A stretch of 64,000 bases of DNA from Candidatus Zhuqueibacterota bacterium (GCA_049322915.1 JBMOPW010000020.1:238006-302005), one strand, 5' to 3'; shown: positions 19,545 to 29,609, numbered from the stretch's first letter. Made by a program: numbers and translations. The notes: a model not told the origin generated them from the sequence alone.

Positions 19545-21011
19545 ATGAACACTTCAGAGTTGAAAGTAATGCAGAATGTCTTCATTTCTAAAAAAGACAA
19601 TCTGCTGCAATTGGCCGATATTCTATTCAGCAACAAAATTGAAAAAGTCATTCCCCTGTCCGAAAAATTGATCGATTGGCGTGACATTTCAACTGCGGAA
19701 AAATTGAAACAGTTTCTGCAAACAGCCTCCCCCGGAGACGATTACCCGGATCGAAAAAAAATTGAAGGTCGGTTCTTGCTGGCCATGCCCGGCGCCATCG
19801 ATCCCCACGTGCATTTTAACACGCCGGGATTTGAGTCCCGGGAAAATTTTAAGCATGGGTCGCTGGCTGCTGCGTTTGGCGGCGTCACGACGATAATGGA
19901 TATGCCGTGCACATCGGTTCCGGCGGTCACTTCACGCGAAAATCTTGAAATAAAGCTCGACCAGATTCGTGGCAAAAGTCACGTCGATTATGCACTCTGG
20001 GGCGGGATTTCGAGATTGGGTTTCTCCCCGGAAAAAGACCTCGAAAGTGATATCCATCGATTGGCTTTAGCCGGCGTAATCGGATTCAAGGCTTATTTTT
20101 TATCCGGAATGGATACGTTCCCGGACCTGGATTTTGATCGGATGGAATTCGCTGCGATTGTGGCAGATGAAAATATGAGGCCTTTGGCCGTCCATGCCGA
20201 AGAGAGAATATATGTCGTTCAACGGCAGCAGCGTTTTGAAATGATGGGGAGAAACGATTGGCGCGCGTATTGTGAGTCGCGCGACGATCTTGCCGAAGCA
20301 AAAGCAGTTGCCAGATTAATTCAGATTGCCCGGGATATTTCAGCAAAAATTCATGTCGTTCATTTGAGTTCAAAACTGGCGCTGGATTTGATTCGGGAAG
20401 CGCAGGCCAATAGCGTAAAAATCACCGCCGAGACATGTCCGCATTATCTTTATTTCACACAGGAAAATTTTAAGGACGAATCCATCGCCGCGTATTTGAA
20501 AACCGCGCCGCCGGTGAAATTCGAAGTTGACAAAGAAGCGCTGTGGCAGGGGCTGCGGGACGGTGCTATTTCTTTCGTCACGACCGACCATGCCGGCTGC
20601 AATCCCAAAAAGGAGAAGTCGTCATTCAATTTCTGGGAGGTGTACGGCGGCATCCCCGGCGTGGAACACCGCGTGCCGTTTCTTTTCAGCGAAGGATTCA
20701 AAAAAGGACGACTGACTCTGGCGCAAACCATTGATTTGTTGGCAACGAACGCAGCGCGATATTTTTCTATTTCGAAGCGAAAGGGCGAATTGAGTCCGGG
20801 CAAAGATGCAGATATGGCGCTGATAAATTTATGGGACGGGCAGGTCGTCGAAGCCGGAAATATGCACAGCAAAGGGAAGTACACGCCGTTCGAGGGCGTA
20901 ACATTTTCGGCAGTGGTGGAAGCAACGTTTCTGCGGGGGCAATGCGCGATGGACAGAAATGGAGAGCCGGAAGTCGGTTTGGGATATGGTGAATTTATTA
21001 AGCCGGAATGA
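19545..21011 (+). CDS. allB: Allantoinase-like cyclic amidohydrolase (dihydroorotase/allantoinase family)
   Basis: PGAIDPHVHFN, AAAFGGVTTIMDMP, GFKAYF (carbamylated Lys), VHAE, VVHLSS, ETCPHYL, TTDHA; exact substrate not certain. Confidence 0.72.
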   Translation: MNTSELKVMQNVFISKKDNLLQLADILFSNKIEKVIPLSEKLIDWRDISTAEKLKQFLQTASPGDDYPDRKKIEGRFLLAMPGAIDPHVHFNTPGFESRENFKHGSLAAAFGGVTTIMDMPCTSVPAVTSRENLEIKLDQIRGKSHVDYALWGGISRLGFSPEKDLESDIHRLALAGVIGFKAYFLSGMDTFPDLDFDRMEFAAIVADENMRPLAVHAEERIYVVQRQQRFEMMGRNDWRAYCESRDDLAEAKAVARLIQIARDISAKIHVVHLSSKLALDLIREAQANSVKITAETCPHYLYFTQENFKDESIAAYLKTAPPVKFEVDKEALWQGLRDGAISFVTTDHAGCNPKKEKSSFNFWEVYGGIPGVEHRVPFLFSEGFKKGRLTLAQTIDLLATNAARYFSISKRKGELSPGKDADMALINLWDGQVVEAGNMHSKGKYTPFEGVTFSAVVEATFLRGQCAMDRNGEPEVGLGYGEFIKPE

Positions 21012-21109
21012 AAAAATATTTTGCTCACGGATTACGCGGAAGCACGCGAAAACTAAAGTTGTAATTTATACATGCATTCCTGTGCATCAATTTTTTCAAC
21101 GCGAAAAAT

Positions 21110-22444
21110 ATGAAAGAAGAAATTGAAAAGAAAATAATCAATGCGTGGATTTGCCAGGCTGACGGCAACAAAATTTCCCCGGTTTTTGGGGATGTGATTA
21201 TTTCAAATGGTAAAATCGCCGAGATTCGGGAAAGAAATTTTGAAGCCTTTTGGAGCGAACCTGTTCATAATTCAGAAAATGTATTGAACGCGGTCGGGCG
21301 GGTTTTAACAGTGCCAATGATCAATTTTCACGATCATTTTTATTCCCGATTGGCAAAGGGGCTCCCTCTGTTCGGACCCATGGAAAATTTTCACAACATC
21401 CTCGAAAATCTCTGGTGGAAGCTCGATCGGGCGCTGGATTTGGAAATGGTGGAGGCGTGCGCGCAAATGGGCGCGATGGAATCCATCCGAAATGGCGCGA
21501 CGTATTTTTTCGATCACCATGCCTCGCCCGATGCAACTGCCGGCAGCCTGAATATCATTCGCGATGTTCTGGCGCAGTTCGGATTGCGCGGCGTGCTGTG
21601 TTTCGAAACCTCGGATCGCAATGGCAGTGAACTGGCAGCGGCTGGGCTTCGGGAAAATGAGCGATTCCTTCGCGAAGCGATGGCCGATGATTTCAAGGGC
21701 ATGGTGGGGCTTCATGCGTCGTTCACTCTCACCGATGAAACGCTGCAGCGAGCCGCGGAGATTGTTCGAACCTGTGACGTTGGCATTCATATTCATCTCT
21801 GCGAGGCTGGCGTCGATCCGGAACTCAGCTCGCAGCGATACGGCGCTTTTCCGACGCAGCGATTGGCGCATTTCAACCTTCTAAATGACCGATCGATTTT
21901 ATCTCATGGCGTTTTTTTGAGCGATGCCGATTATTCGCTCATCGCCCGATATGGTGCAGCCCTTGTCTATAATCCGGATTCGAACATGAACAACGCTGTG
22001 GGATTGCCGCAGTTCGCTCGTGTTCCTGCAGGAATTCCGATTCTGACCGGGACTGATGGCATGCACGCCAACGTGGCCCGCTCGATCAAACAACTTTACC
22101 TTCTGTTGCGCCACAGCGGTCTTGATTTCGAGGGGTCGTTTCAGCGGATTCAAACGAGTCATTTCGACCAATTAGCGTTTGTCAGAAAATATTTCCCTGA
22201 CTTCCCGTCGCTGAAAATCAATGATCGGGCGGATATGATTTTGTGGGATTATGTTCCGCCAACGCCATATTCCGCGGACAATTTCTGGAGCCATTTTCTG
22301 TTCGGTATGCTGGAACGGAATATTCACAGCGTTGTTCAACGTGGCGCGTTTTTATTGAAAAATTTTCAGCTTGTCGGAGTCGATGAAGCGGCAATCATGG
22401 AGAATATTTTTCGGCAGGGGAAAAGGCTGTATAATAAAGTGTAA
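21110..22444 (+). CDS. ssnA: SsnA-like metal-dependent aminohydrolase
   Basis: INFHDHFYSRLAKG, LENLWWKLDRAL, DHHASP, CFETSDRNG, GLHASFTL, NPDSNMNNAVG, GTDG. Confidence 0.75.
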   Translation: MKEEIEKKIINAWICQADGNKISPVFGDVIISNGKIAEIRERNFEAFWSEPVHNSENVLNAVGRVLTVPMINFHDHFYSRLAKGLPLFGPMENFHNILENLWWKLDRALDLEMVEACAQMGAMESIRNGATYFFDHHASPDATAGSLNIIRDVLAQFGLRGVLCFETSDRNGSELAAAGLRENERFLREAMADDFKGMVGLHASFTLTDETLQRAAEIVRTCDVGIHIHLCEAGVDPELSSQRYGAFPTQRLAHFNLLNDRSILSHGVFLSDADYSLIARYGAALVYNPDSNMNNAVGLPQFARVPAGIPILTGTDGMHANVARSIKQLYLLLRHSGLDFEGSFQRIQTSHFDQLAFVRKYFPDFPSLKINDRADMILWDYVPPTPYSADNFWSHFLFGMLERNIHSVVQRGAFLLKNFQLVGVDEAAIMENIFRQGKRLYNKV

Positions 22445-22466
22445 GACCATAATTTGGGTAATTGAA

Positions 22467-22599
22467 TCGCCGCGAAGTCGCAAAGACTCCAAGCGTTGGT
22501 GGGTTGCAACCAATCATATTATTTCAAATAGAACTCTGAATTGAAAAAAATGATATGATAAATAAATTAAAACTTTACGCCTTCGAGTCTTCGAGGCGA
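22467..22599. repeat. Imperfect inverted repeat of 8-mer units around an AT-rich spacer (MITE/REP-like)
   Basis: TCGCCGCGAAGTCGCAAAGACTCCAAG (22467-22493) versus reverse complement of 22573-22599 (TCGCCTCGAAGACTCGAAGGCGTAAAG). Confidence 0.55.
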
Positions 22600-22622
22600 A
22601 GAAAAGGAAATGGAAAAAATAA

Positions 22623-23066
22623 ATGAAACGAATACGTCCCATCGCACTGTGCATATTCAGAAATAATGGCAGAATTTTGGTCGGTGAGTTCCAGGATCTC
22701 GTCAGCAAGAAAATATTTTATCGTCCCCTGGGCGGGGGCATTGAATTTTTGGAACCGGGGGAGAAGGCGGTCCAGCGGGAAATTCAGGAAGAGCTGTCTG
22801 AAGACATCGAAAACGTGAAGCTATTGGGCTACCTCGAAAATATATTCTTTCACGAGGGCGAGCACAAGCACGAAATTGTGATGGTGTTCGACGGGGAATT
22901 CAAAGATAAATCGGTTTACGCAAAAACACAGGTGGATGGCATGGAGGCCAATGGCGAGAAAATCAAGGCGCTGTGGAAGAGCCTGAGCGAATTCGGGGAC
23001 AATGGCCTCACGCTTTATCCCGATGGTATGCTGGAATTTTTGAGGAGACATCGCTCGGAAGAGTAG
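22623..23066 (+). CDS. NUDIX hydrolase
   Basis: Nudix box GGGIEFLEPGEKAVQREIQEEL. Confidence 0.9.
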   Translation: MKRIRPIALCIFRNNGRILVGEFQDLVSKKIFYRPLGGGIEFLEPGEKAVQREIQEELSEDIENVKLLGYLENIFFHEGEHKHEIVMVFDGEFKDKSVYAKTQVDGMEANGEKIKALWKSLSEFGDNGLTLYPDGMLEFLRRHRSEE

Positions 23067-23131
23067 GAATTTTCGGGTAGGTCATTTTTTGCTGTACTTG
23101 TTTTTATTAAAACGGTCAACGGAGAAAATAC

Positions 23132-23824
23132 ATGGAAATTTTAGATAAAATCCCTTTTCAACTCGACGAAGAAAAATTACTGAAGAAGCTGAGAATTGAT
23201 AAAGCGAGCGACTATTATGGTGAAATCAGCCGGCTGATTGAAAAGATTGCGCCGGTGGTGCGGCCAAAGGTTGTTTTTAGCGTTTCCTACATCAACGAAA
23301 AAAACGCGGATTCGATTGTGCTGGATGGTGTTCGGTTCACCAGCCGCGTGCTCAGCGCCAACGTGGAGAAGGTGGAGCGTCTGTTCCCGTTCGTTGCCAC
23401 GTGCGGAGCCGAGCTGGATGAGTTCGAAAAATCATGCGATGACATGCTGGAAATTTTCTGGATCGATACCATCAAATATTTTGCGCTGGAAACCAGCTCC
23501 CAATTTCTCAAAAATCAATTGAAAGAAAAATTTGCCCTCACAAAAATTTCCTCCATGAGTCCCGGTTCCGGCAAGGCAGACACCTGGCCCATCGAACAGC
23601 AGAAGCAGCTTTTTTCGCTGTTCGGTGATGTGGAAGCGCTCATCGGCGTGAGGCTTACGGATAGCTGTTTGATGATCCCCAACAAATCGGTGTCCGGCAT
23701 CTATTTCCCGCGGGACGTGACCTTCGAGAACTGCCAGTTGTGTCCCCGCGAAGGCTGCCCCGGCCGCCGCGCCGCGTACGACGAAAGCCTGCTGCACTCA
23801 TATTTCGATGAAGTGACGCAATGA
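23132..23824 (+). CDS. Stand-alone vitamin B12-dependent methionine synthase activation-domain-like protein
   Basis: FPFVATCGAELD, MSPGS...WPIEQQKQLFSL, IGVRLTDSCLMIPNKSVSGIYF, C-terminal CQLCPREGCPGRR. Confidence 0.8.
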   Translation: MEILDKIPFQLDEEKLLKKLRIDKASDYYGEISRLIEKIAPVVRPKVVFSVSYINEKNADSIVLDGVRFTSRVLSANVEKVERLFPFVATCGAELDEFEKSCDDMLEIFWIDTIKYFALETSSQFLKNQLKEKFALTKISSMSPGSGKADTWPIEQQKQLFSLFGDVEALIGVRLTDSCLMIPNKSVSGIYFPRDVTFENCQLCPREGCPGRRAAYDESLLHSYFDEVTQ

Positions 23825-25104
23825 CTGTAAATTCATCCCCCAAAAAAGTGATTGTCATTGGCGGCGGACCTGCCGGGTTGATGGCAGCCGGCCAGGCCGC
23901 CCAAAATGGCGCCGAGACGATTCTGTTCGAAAAGATGAACCAGCCCGGGCGCAAGCTGAGAATCACCGGCAAGGGGCGCTGCAACCTGACCAATGTGGCG
24001 CCGGTTTCGGATTTCATCGAACATTTTGGCATGAATGGCAGATTCCTCCGCCAGGTCTTTTCCCGATTCTTCAGCGAGGAATTAATTGAATTTTTCAACC
24101 ACCTGGGCGTGGAAACAATCGTCGAACGGGGAGGCCGCGTGTTCCCGGCAAGCGGTAGCGCGCCTGAGGTCGCCGCGGCGCTGTTGGCCTGGGCCAGGGA
24201 AAGCGGCGTTCGCATTATCACTGGTGCCAGAGCGGAAGGATTGATCGTCAGGGAGAATCGGCTCGTCGGCCTGAACGTGTTCAATATGAAGACAAAGCAA
24301 ACCACGCAATACGAGGCCGATGCGATTATCATTGCAACAGGAGGTAAATCGTACCCGGGAACCGGCTCGACCGGGGATGGTTATCAATTGGCAAAATCGG
24401 TCGGGCACACCATTGTTCCTGTCCGGCCGGCGCTGGTTCCGCTGGAAATAGCCGGGAAGATTTGTTCCCGGTTGAAGGGCCTGACCCTCCGAAATGTGGA
24501 GGTGACTGTTTTCTCCGATGAAAAAATGATGGGCCGGGAATTTGGCGAAATGGAATTTGAGGAATACGGCGTCACCGGCCCGATTATCCTTTCGCTCAGC
24601 CGTCTCGTTGTCGAAGCCATCAGCGAAAAACGAAATGTCACTCTCTCCATCAATTTGAAGCCGGCCCTGGACGCGGAAAAGCTGGACGCCCGCCTGCTCA
24701 GGGAAGTGGACAGCAATGGTAAAAACGAATTCCAAAAAATGTTGACGGCCCTGCTCCCGGCACGGTTAATTCCCGTTTGCCTCGAAGCAGTCAAAATTTT
24801 GCCGCAAAAGCCGTGTAGTCAAATCTCTGCGGAGGAACGGAAGCGATTAAGGCGCTGGTTGCACAACTTCACGCTGCAGGTAACCGGGTATCGCCCGTTC
24901 TCCGAAGCGCTGGTTACGGCCGGCGGCGTGGATTTGAGCGAGGTTTATCCCCGCACCATGGAATCGCGGATTCTCAACGGACTTTACTTTGCCGGCGAAG
25001 TGCTGAATGTGGATGCGGATACCGGGGGGTATAATTTACAGGCTGCGTTTTCTTCCGGGTACGTGGCAGGCCTTTCGGCGGCTGAGTTTCGAACTTTTAA
25101 ATAA
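23821..25104 (+). CDS. HI0933/YhiN-family NAD(P)/FAD-dependent oxidoreductase
   Basis: VIGGGPAGLMAA, GRKLRITGKGRCNLTN, GRVFP, ATGGKSYPGTGSTGDGY, VTAGGV, GEVLNVDADTGGYNLQAAFSSG. Confidence 0.92.
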   Translation: MTVNSSPKKVIVIGGGPAGLMAAGQAAQNGAETILFEKMNQPGRKLRITGKGRCNLTNVAPVSDFIEHFGMNGRFLRQVFSRFFSEELIEFFNHLGVETIVERGGRVFPASGSAPEVAAALLAWARESGVRIITGARAEGLIVRENRLVGLNVFNMKTKQTTQYEADAIIIATGGKSYPGTGSTGDGYQLAKSVGHTIVPVRPALVPLEIAGKICSRLKGLTLRNVEVTVFSDEKMMGREFGEMEFEEYGVTGPIILSLSRLVVEAISEKRNVTLSINLKPALDAEKLDARLLREVDSNGKNEFQKMLTALLPARLIPVCLEAVKILPQKPCSQISAEERKRLRRWLHNFTLQVTGYRPFSEALVTAGGVDLSEVYPRTMESRILNGLYFAGEVLNVDADTGGYNLQAAFSSGYVAGLSAAEFRTFK

Positions 25105-25270
25105 GAGAATACTTCAGCCGCCTGGCATTACTCTACATCAATCTCAAAGAAATCAGAACGAACATTGCCTAACCAATATCTGCCATCAGATAATTTTCGC
25201 TATTAATATACTACTTTTCTTCTAATAGCTAATTGGTTTCTAATAAAAGCAACAAATCATTTCCAATTCA

Positions 25271-26089
25271 TTATGGAATAATATTTACTGCAATCTCTGA
25301 TATACGAGACACAACATTCCTACTGTTTATTACAACAAATTCTATTGTATGTACACCAAGAAAGGGTTCGGGCACATAATTTCGGGAGGCGATAAATGTA
25401 AACACATTCTCAGGATCGCTCTCGACATTGAATAAGCCAAAAAGATATTGATATTCCAATGATTCATTCCGAGGATCAATTGCATTTACGGTTATTTTTA
25501 TAGATTCTCCCTCTTTCAAACTATTTTTACTTAACGTAATCGAATTTATTTTTGGAAGTGTGATAGAATTTTCAATTGATATGTATGACTCTTCTTCCAA
25601 TATGTCAGCATCAATTGCTTTGGCTAAATCTATTACTTTTCCATAACTGCGAGAGTTAATTCTAAAGAGAGCATTTCTCCGAATAAACAAAATATCTGCT
25701 ACGTTGGTAGAATCCGGATTTGGTGACGACCACCATAATTCATCCCCGATAGATACTCCCTGTATTGGACCTTCCTGCATAATCCCGCTAATACTTTTCA
25801 AATATGCCAGGGCAGTTTTTACTGCATCTTCATGTGATTGATATATTCCTACAGTTAGAAATACAGATACCTGGTTATCAGATTTCTGATAAACGAATTC
25901 CCTGCCTCGATTCCACTGAGCGCGTTTTCTTATAAATTCAAACTCTGGTAGATATTTTTTTGCTATGCCTTCTACGCCAATTTTGGTAATAAATGTTTCA
26001 TCATCTTTTGGATTAAAAATACCCTCGCAAAATAGAAAGAAGTATGGAAGTGTTAAGAAAAAAACGAAAAGGAACTGTTTAATTCTCAT
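25271..26089 (-). CDS. Hypothetical exported protein / lipoprotein with C-terminal Ig-like segment (AT-rich)
   Basis: AAGGAG RBS on minus strand; signal peptide ending FLFC; visibly lower GC than flanks. Confidence 0.7.
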   Translation of the reverse strand: MRIKQFLFVFFLTLPYFFLFCEGIFNPKDDETFITKIGVEGIAKKYLPEFEFIRKRAQWNRGREFVYQKSDNQVSVFLTVGIYQSHEDAVKTALAYLKSISGIMQEGPIQGVSIGDELWWSSPNPDSTNVADILFIRRNALFRINSRSYGKVIDLAKAIDADILEEESYISIENSITLPKINSITLSKNSLKEGESIKITVNAIDPRNESLEYQYLFGLFNVESDPENVFTFIASRNYVPEPFLGVHTIEFVVINSRNVVSRISEIAVNIIP

Positions 26090-26147
26090 ATTAATTTTCT
26101 CCTTACAAAAGAAAAAAAGAACAAAGTCAAGCTATTGCATGTGTACA

Positions 26148-26489
26148 TCAAGGAGTTTTTAAAGTTCGTCCATCATTTATCCAATTTCCCTTTTCATCCA
26201 CATTGATTACAAAAACATAAAGTAATCCTTCTGAATATCCCTCACATTGAATTGTATATTCCATTTCATGAACTCTGATTTCGAAAGTATCATCGATCAT
26301 TGAGTTCAAATCCCAGTAAGTCCTGCATGTCTTTTTGATTTGGTTATAAACTTCGGAATCAAGCCAGTTGATTTCCGGGAAAACGAATCCCTCAGAAATC
26401 TGAGTGATGCTTTTTTCATTCTGACAAGAAAAGAAAAATAGATAGATTAAAATAAAAAATATATTGGATTTTAGTATTATCATTCTCAT
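26148..26489 (-). CDS. Hypothetical lipoprotein (AT-rich)
   Basis: AGGAG RBS before ATG 26489; lipobox FFSC. Confidence 0.65.
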   Translation of the reverse strand: MRMIILKSNIFFILIYLFFFSCQNEKSITQISEGFVFPEINWLDSEVYNQIKKTCRTYWDLNSMIDDTFEIRVHEMEYTIQCEGYSEGLLYVFVINVDEKGNWINDGRTLKTP

Positions 26490-26621
26490 TTTTCTCACTC
26501 CTATCAGTCAGTTATATAAATAATTGCAATGTAAATAATAATAAAGTTTTTTCAGCTTTAATAATGGTGTTGAAGATTTACCTTGCCACTAACGATTGCG
26601 CTTCAAATGAAGTGTCAAAAG

Positions 26622-27143
26622 TTATTTACTTAACGAATCAATCCTGCTGGCGATCTCGGCTGCGGTCTCGATTAAAATGTTCGGAACCTCTTCATAAGCA
26701 GGGTAATAATATGCTGTTTCGATTATTGTATTCCACTGATTTAGGAAAACAGCATTCGCAGGGCTTTTAGCCAGCCACCATTTCCCTTTGATCAAGTCAT
26801 GTTTTTCGCCTTCTACCACCACTGTTGCAATATTGTTTTTTCGTAGCTCCATTGCCTCGATTGCATCGACTTGTGATTTGAATACAGAAACCGCAATATT
26901 GTTTTTATCGCCACTGTACTGGACGCCTTCCAGGAATTCAGAATAGTCATTGAAGTAACTGTCAATAAAATCAGATGTATGCTTAAGGCTATCATCACCC
27001 CAAAAATTACCTACTTCTGTCAAGGAAAGCAGAGGTAATTTTTGCGGATCAAAAAACTCTTCATTGTGTGCTGATGGTTCTTTTTCACAATTAAAAAAAG
27101 CCAGACAGGTTATAATAATAAGCATTTTGCATATTTTGAACAC
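26622..27143 (-). CDS. Hypothetical lipoprotein (AT-rich)
   Basis: Lipobox-like AFFNC; weak similarity to the N-terminal domain of the 25271-26089 protein. Confidence 0.65.
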   Translation of the reverse strand: MFKICKMLIIITCLAFFNCEKEPSAHNEEFFDPQKLPLLSLTEVGNFWGDDSLKHTSDFIDSYFNDYSEFLEGVQYSGDKNNIAVSVFKSQVDAIEAMELRKNNIATVVVEGEKHDLIKGKWWLAKSPANAVFLNQWNTIIETAYYYPAYEEVPNILIETAAEIASRIDSLSK

Positions 27144-27617
27144 TCAAAATTGGATCAGCGTTTTGAATTCCTTCCAATGAAATGAATGAATAAAAATCAA
27201 CCAATAGTTAAAAACTGCTCTCATCTTTTGTAAATTTTTAAATACGTTCACAAATCCGCGCAGACTTTCAAATATGCTATTGTCAAAGTAATCGCATTCA
27301 AACGTGCAGCTCCCCAGTTTTCCTGGAAACCTGTCCGCACAAGAATTCTTCGGCTCTTGTTGGTCTTTCAAATGATAATTTATACCAATAAATGATAGAA
27401 GTCAAACGATATTTTATTTATTGAAAAAAAATATTGCGTCCCGGTAATTGAGTCGAACACTCTGCTAACAACATTTAAACCTGGATAAAGTTTCCGGAAC
27501 AAATTTTCTGCAAAATCGTTTGATTGTGCATATTATTCGCTTTCGTCCAAATATACTATGGAAAACGATTGGAATAGACGAACAATGTGAGCAACATGTA
27601 TTGAAAAGGAATCAGCA

Positions 27618-28685
27618 ATGAAATTAGGTTTGATTGGATTACAGAATTCAGGCAAAACGACCATCTTCAACGCGCTCAGCAACTCCAGGGCAGAGGTGAC
27701 CGCATTTTCAAGCGGCAAGGCCGAACCGAACCTGGCCGTGGTGGATGTGGGCGACGAGCGTATCGATAAATTATCCGAGCTTTATTCCCCGAAGAAAACC
27801 ACGTACGCCACGGTGGAACTTGTGGATTTTGCAGGCATGACCGAGGGCGCGGCCAAAAACGGAAGCTTCTCGGCGGAGTTGATGGCGCTCATCAAAAATA
27901 TGGATGCGCTGGCGCTTGTCGTGCGGAATTTCACAGACAGCCTGGGCGACGATCCTGAACCACTCGAGGATATTGAACGTGTCAACACAGAATTGATCCT
28001 TTCCGATCTGGTTCTGGTAGAGACACGGCTTGAGCGAATTGAGGCCAATTACGCAAAAAATAAAAAAACAGTAGGCTTGCAACTTGAGGAAAAAATTCTC
28101 CGCAGAATTTTAGAGCAATTGAATGACAACAAACCAATACGCAATCTCGAATTGAGCGAGGAGGAGGAAAAGAACATTCGAGGATTTCAGTTTCTCACAA
28201 AAAAGCCGTTTCTGGTCATCCTGAACTCGGATGAAACCAGGTTTGGCAAGAATGAAAAACTGATTGCTGCCATTCAGGAACAATACAACACCATCGAATT
28301 TGCCGGCAATTTCGAGATGGAGCTTGCGCAACTGAGTCCCGAAGATGCGGCCCTTTTCATGCAGGACATGGGCATACGGCAATCGGCCAGGACGCGGCTC
28401 ACCGGTTTTCTGTACAGCATTTTGGGCTACATCAGTTTTTTTACGGTTGGCTCCGACGAGGTTCGGGCGTGGAGCATCCGCAAAGGACAAACCGCAGTGG
28501 AAGCAGCCGGCGTTATTCATACCGACCTGACACGCGGCTTCATTCGCGCAGAATGTTTTTCTTACAATGATCTTATCAAATATGGCTCGGAGAAAGCAGT
28601 GAAAGAAAAAGGATTGTTTCGCCTGGAGGGCAAAGATTACATCGTGAAAGATGGGGATGCCCTGAGTATTCGGTTTAACGTATGA
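27618..28685 (+). CDS. ychF: Obg-family ATPase YchF
   Basis: MKLGLIGLQNSGKTTIFNAL, VDFAG, FLTKKP, FFTVGSDEVRAW, GVIHTDLTRGFIRAE, RLEGKDYIVKDGD...RFNV. Confidence 0.93.
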   Translation: MKLGLIGLQNSGKTTIFNALSNSRAEVTAFSSGKAEPNLAVVDVGDERIDKLSELYSPKKTTYATVELVDFAGMTEGAAKNGSFSAELMALIKNMDALALVVRNFTDSLGDDPEPLEDIERVNTELILSDLVLVETRLERIEANYAKNKKTVGLQLEEKILRRILEQLNDNKPIRNLELSEEEEKNIRGFQFLTKKPFLVILNSDETRFGKNEKLIAAIQEQYNTIEFAGNFEMELAQLSPEDAALFMQDMGIRQSARTRLTGFLYSILGYISFFTVGSDEVRAWSIRKGQTAVEAAGVIHTDLTRGFIRAECFSYNDLIKYGSEKAVKEKGLFRLEGKDYIVKDGDALSIRFNV

Positions 28686-29351
28686 TATGCATTTGGGAAT
28701 GATGTGAGCCAGCGACTGACGCGTCACGAATCCTCTGACGCGATAGAGAGAACGATCCAATGCCATCTTCTTCTTTTACCTTTATGTTAATCTTCAGCCT
28801 GTTGCAGCAGAATCGCCTTCCAATGATAGTCGATGATAATGAAACAACACCCTGCCTGGAATCAATCCACGCTTTCCTCTGTCACCCTCAAGGATGTGAA
28901 TAATCCCTGTATTCCCAAATTGGATTTAACCCTACTATGTCACATAGATTTTTTATCGTTGTATATTGTATTTTTGATAGATGAAAAACTCAACATATTG
29001 TGATAAATTTACTAAATGACGTTGTAGGGTTAATCAACATGCGCTAACGGGCTAATTTCGTAAATGACTTGGAAGGCAATGCCCGTGTGCGTCTCCGGCA
29101 TATTAATGCATGGTATGTGAGTGGCGTTGAGGCTGTATCAAAAATCATTTTCGATAACTCGACTTTACTAAATTTTGATTTCAAGCAATCATCGCATCTT
29201 GTATTCAACTCCTGGATTCGGATGAGATTAATCTTTTCCCGGCAGTCGTTAAATCATGATATCTGGAAAAATTCAGAAAAGTGCCTCAGGTCACACGGCG
29301 ATTCTGTTAAAATGTTAAATTTAATTCAGAAAATTGAAGCCCACTCAACTT

Positions 29352-29425
29352 AGTAACCAGAGACTGAATCAATATAAATATTGCCCCCCAACATTTAATT
29401 GAAGGTCTCTGGTTACTTTTTTTTT
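29352..29425 (+). terminator. Long hairpin followed by T-tract (terminator-like)
   Basis: AGTAACCAGAGAC / GTCTCTGGTTACT 13-bp stem, extended by TCAAT/ATTGA and TAAAT/ATTTA pairs, then a T9 run. Confidence 0.6.
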
Positions 29426-29609
29426 ATCCGCTCTCTGTTCATGCAACTGAAAATTTATCCCCCCCATCAATTAATACCACATGGGCGACGTCACTCAGCC
29501 AGCGAATTTCCAGATTTTACATTCACCAAAGATGTAGAAATTTTCTCTTGATTTTTATCCAAAATTTTCTACATTGAATTAATTTATTTGAAAGCACAAA
29601 GGGCGAGTT

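Noticed and set aside
25160..26630. Integron cassette array (GCCTAAC near 25166 and CACTAAC near 26587 resemble attC ends)
   Set aside because: No complete attC with matching GTTRRRY and paired inner boxes could be built, and no integron integrase is in the window; an IntegronFinder run would settle it
27144..27371. 75-aa minus-strand ORF upstream of the lipoprotein islet
   Set aside because: No RBS, signal or motif; probably spurious
27496..27520. Possible ECF promoter GGAAC-N17-GTT upstream of ychF
   Set aside because: Short motif that can arise by chance; no supporting evidence
29129..29145. GAGGCTGTATCAAAA resembling an IS terminal inverted repeat
   Set aside because: No partner repeat or transposase found nearby
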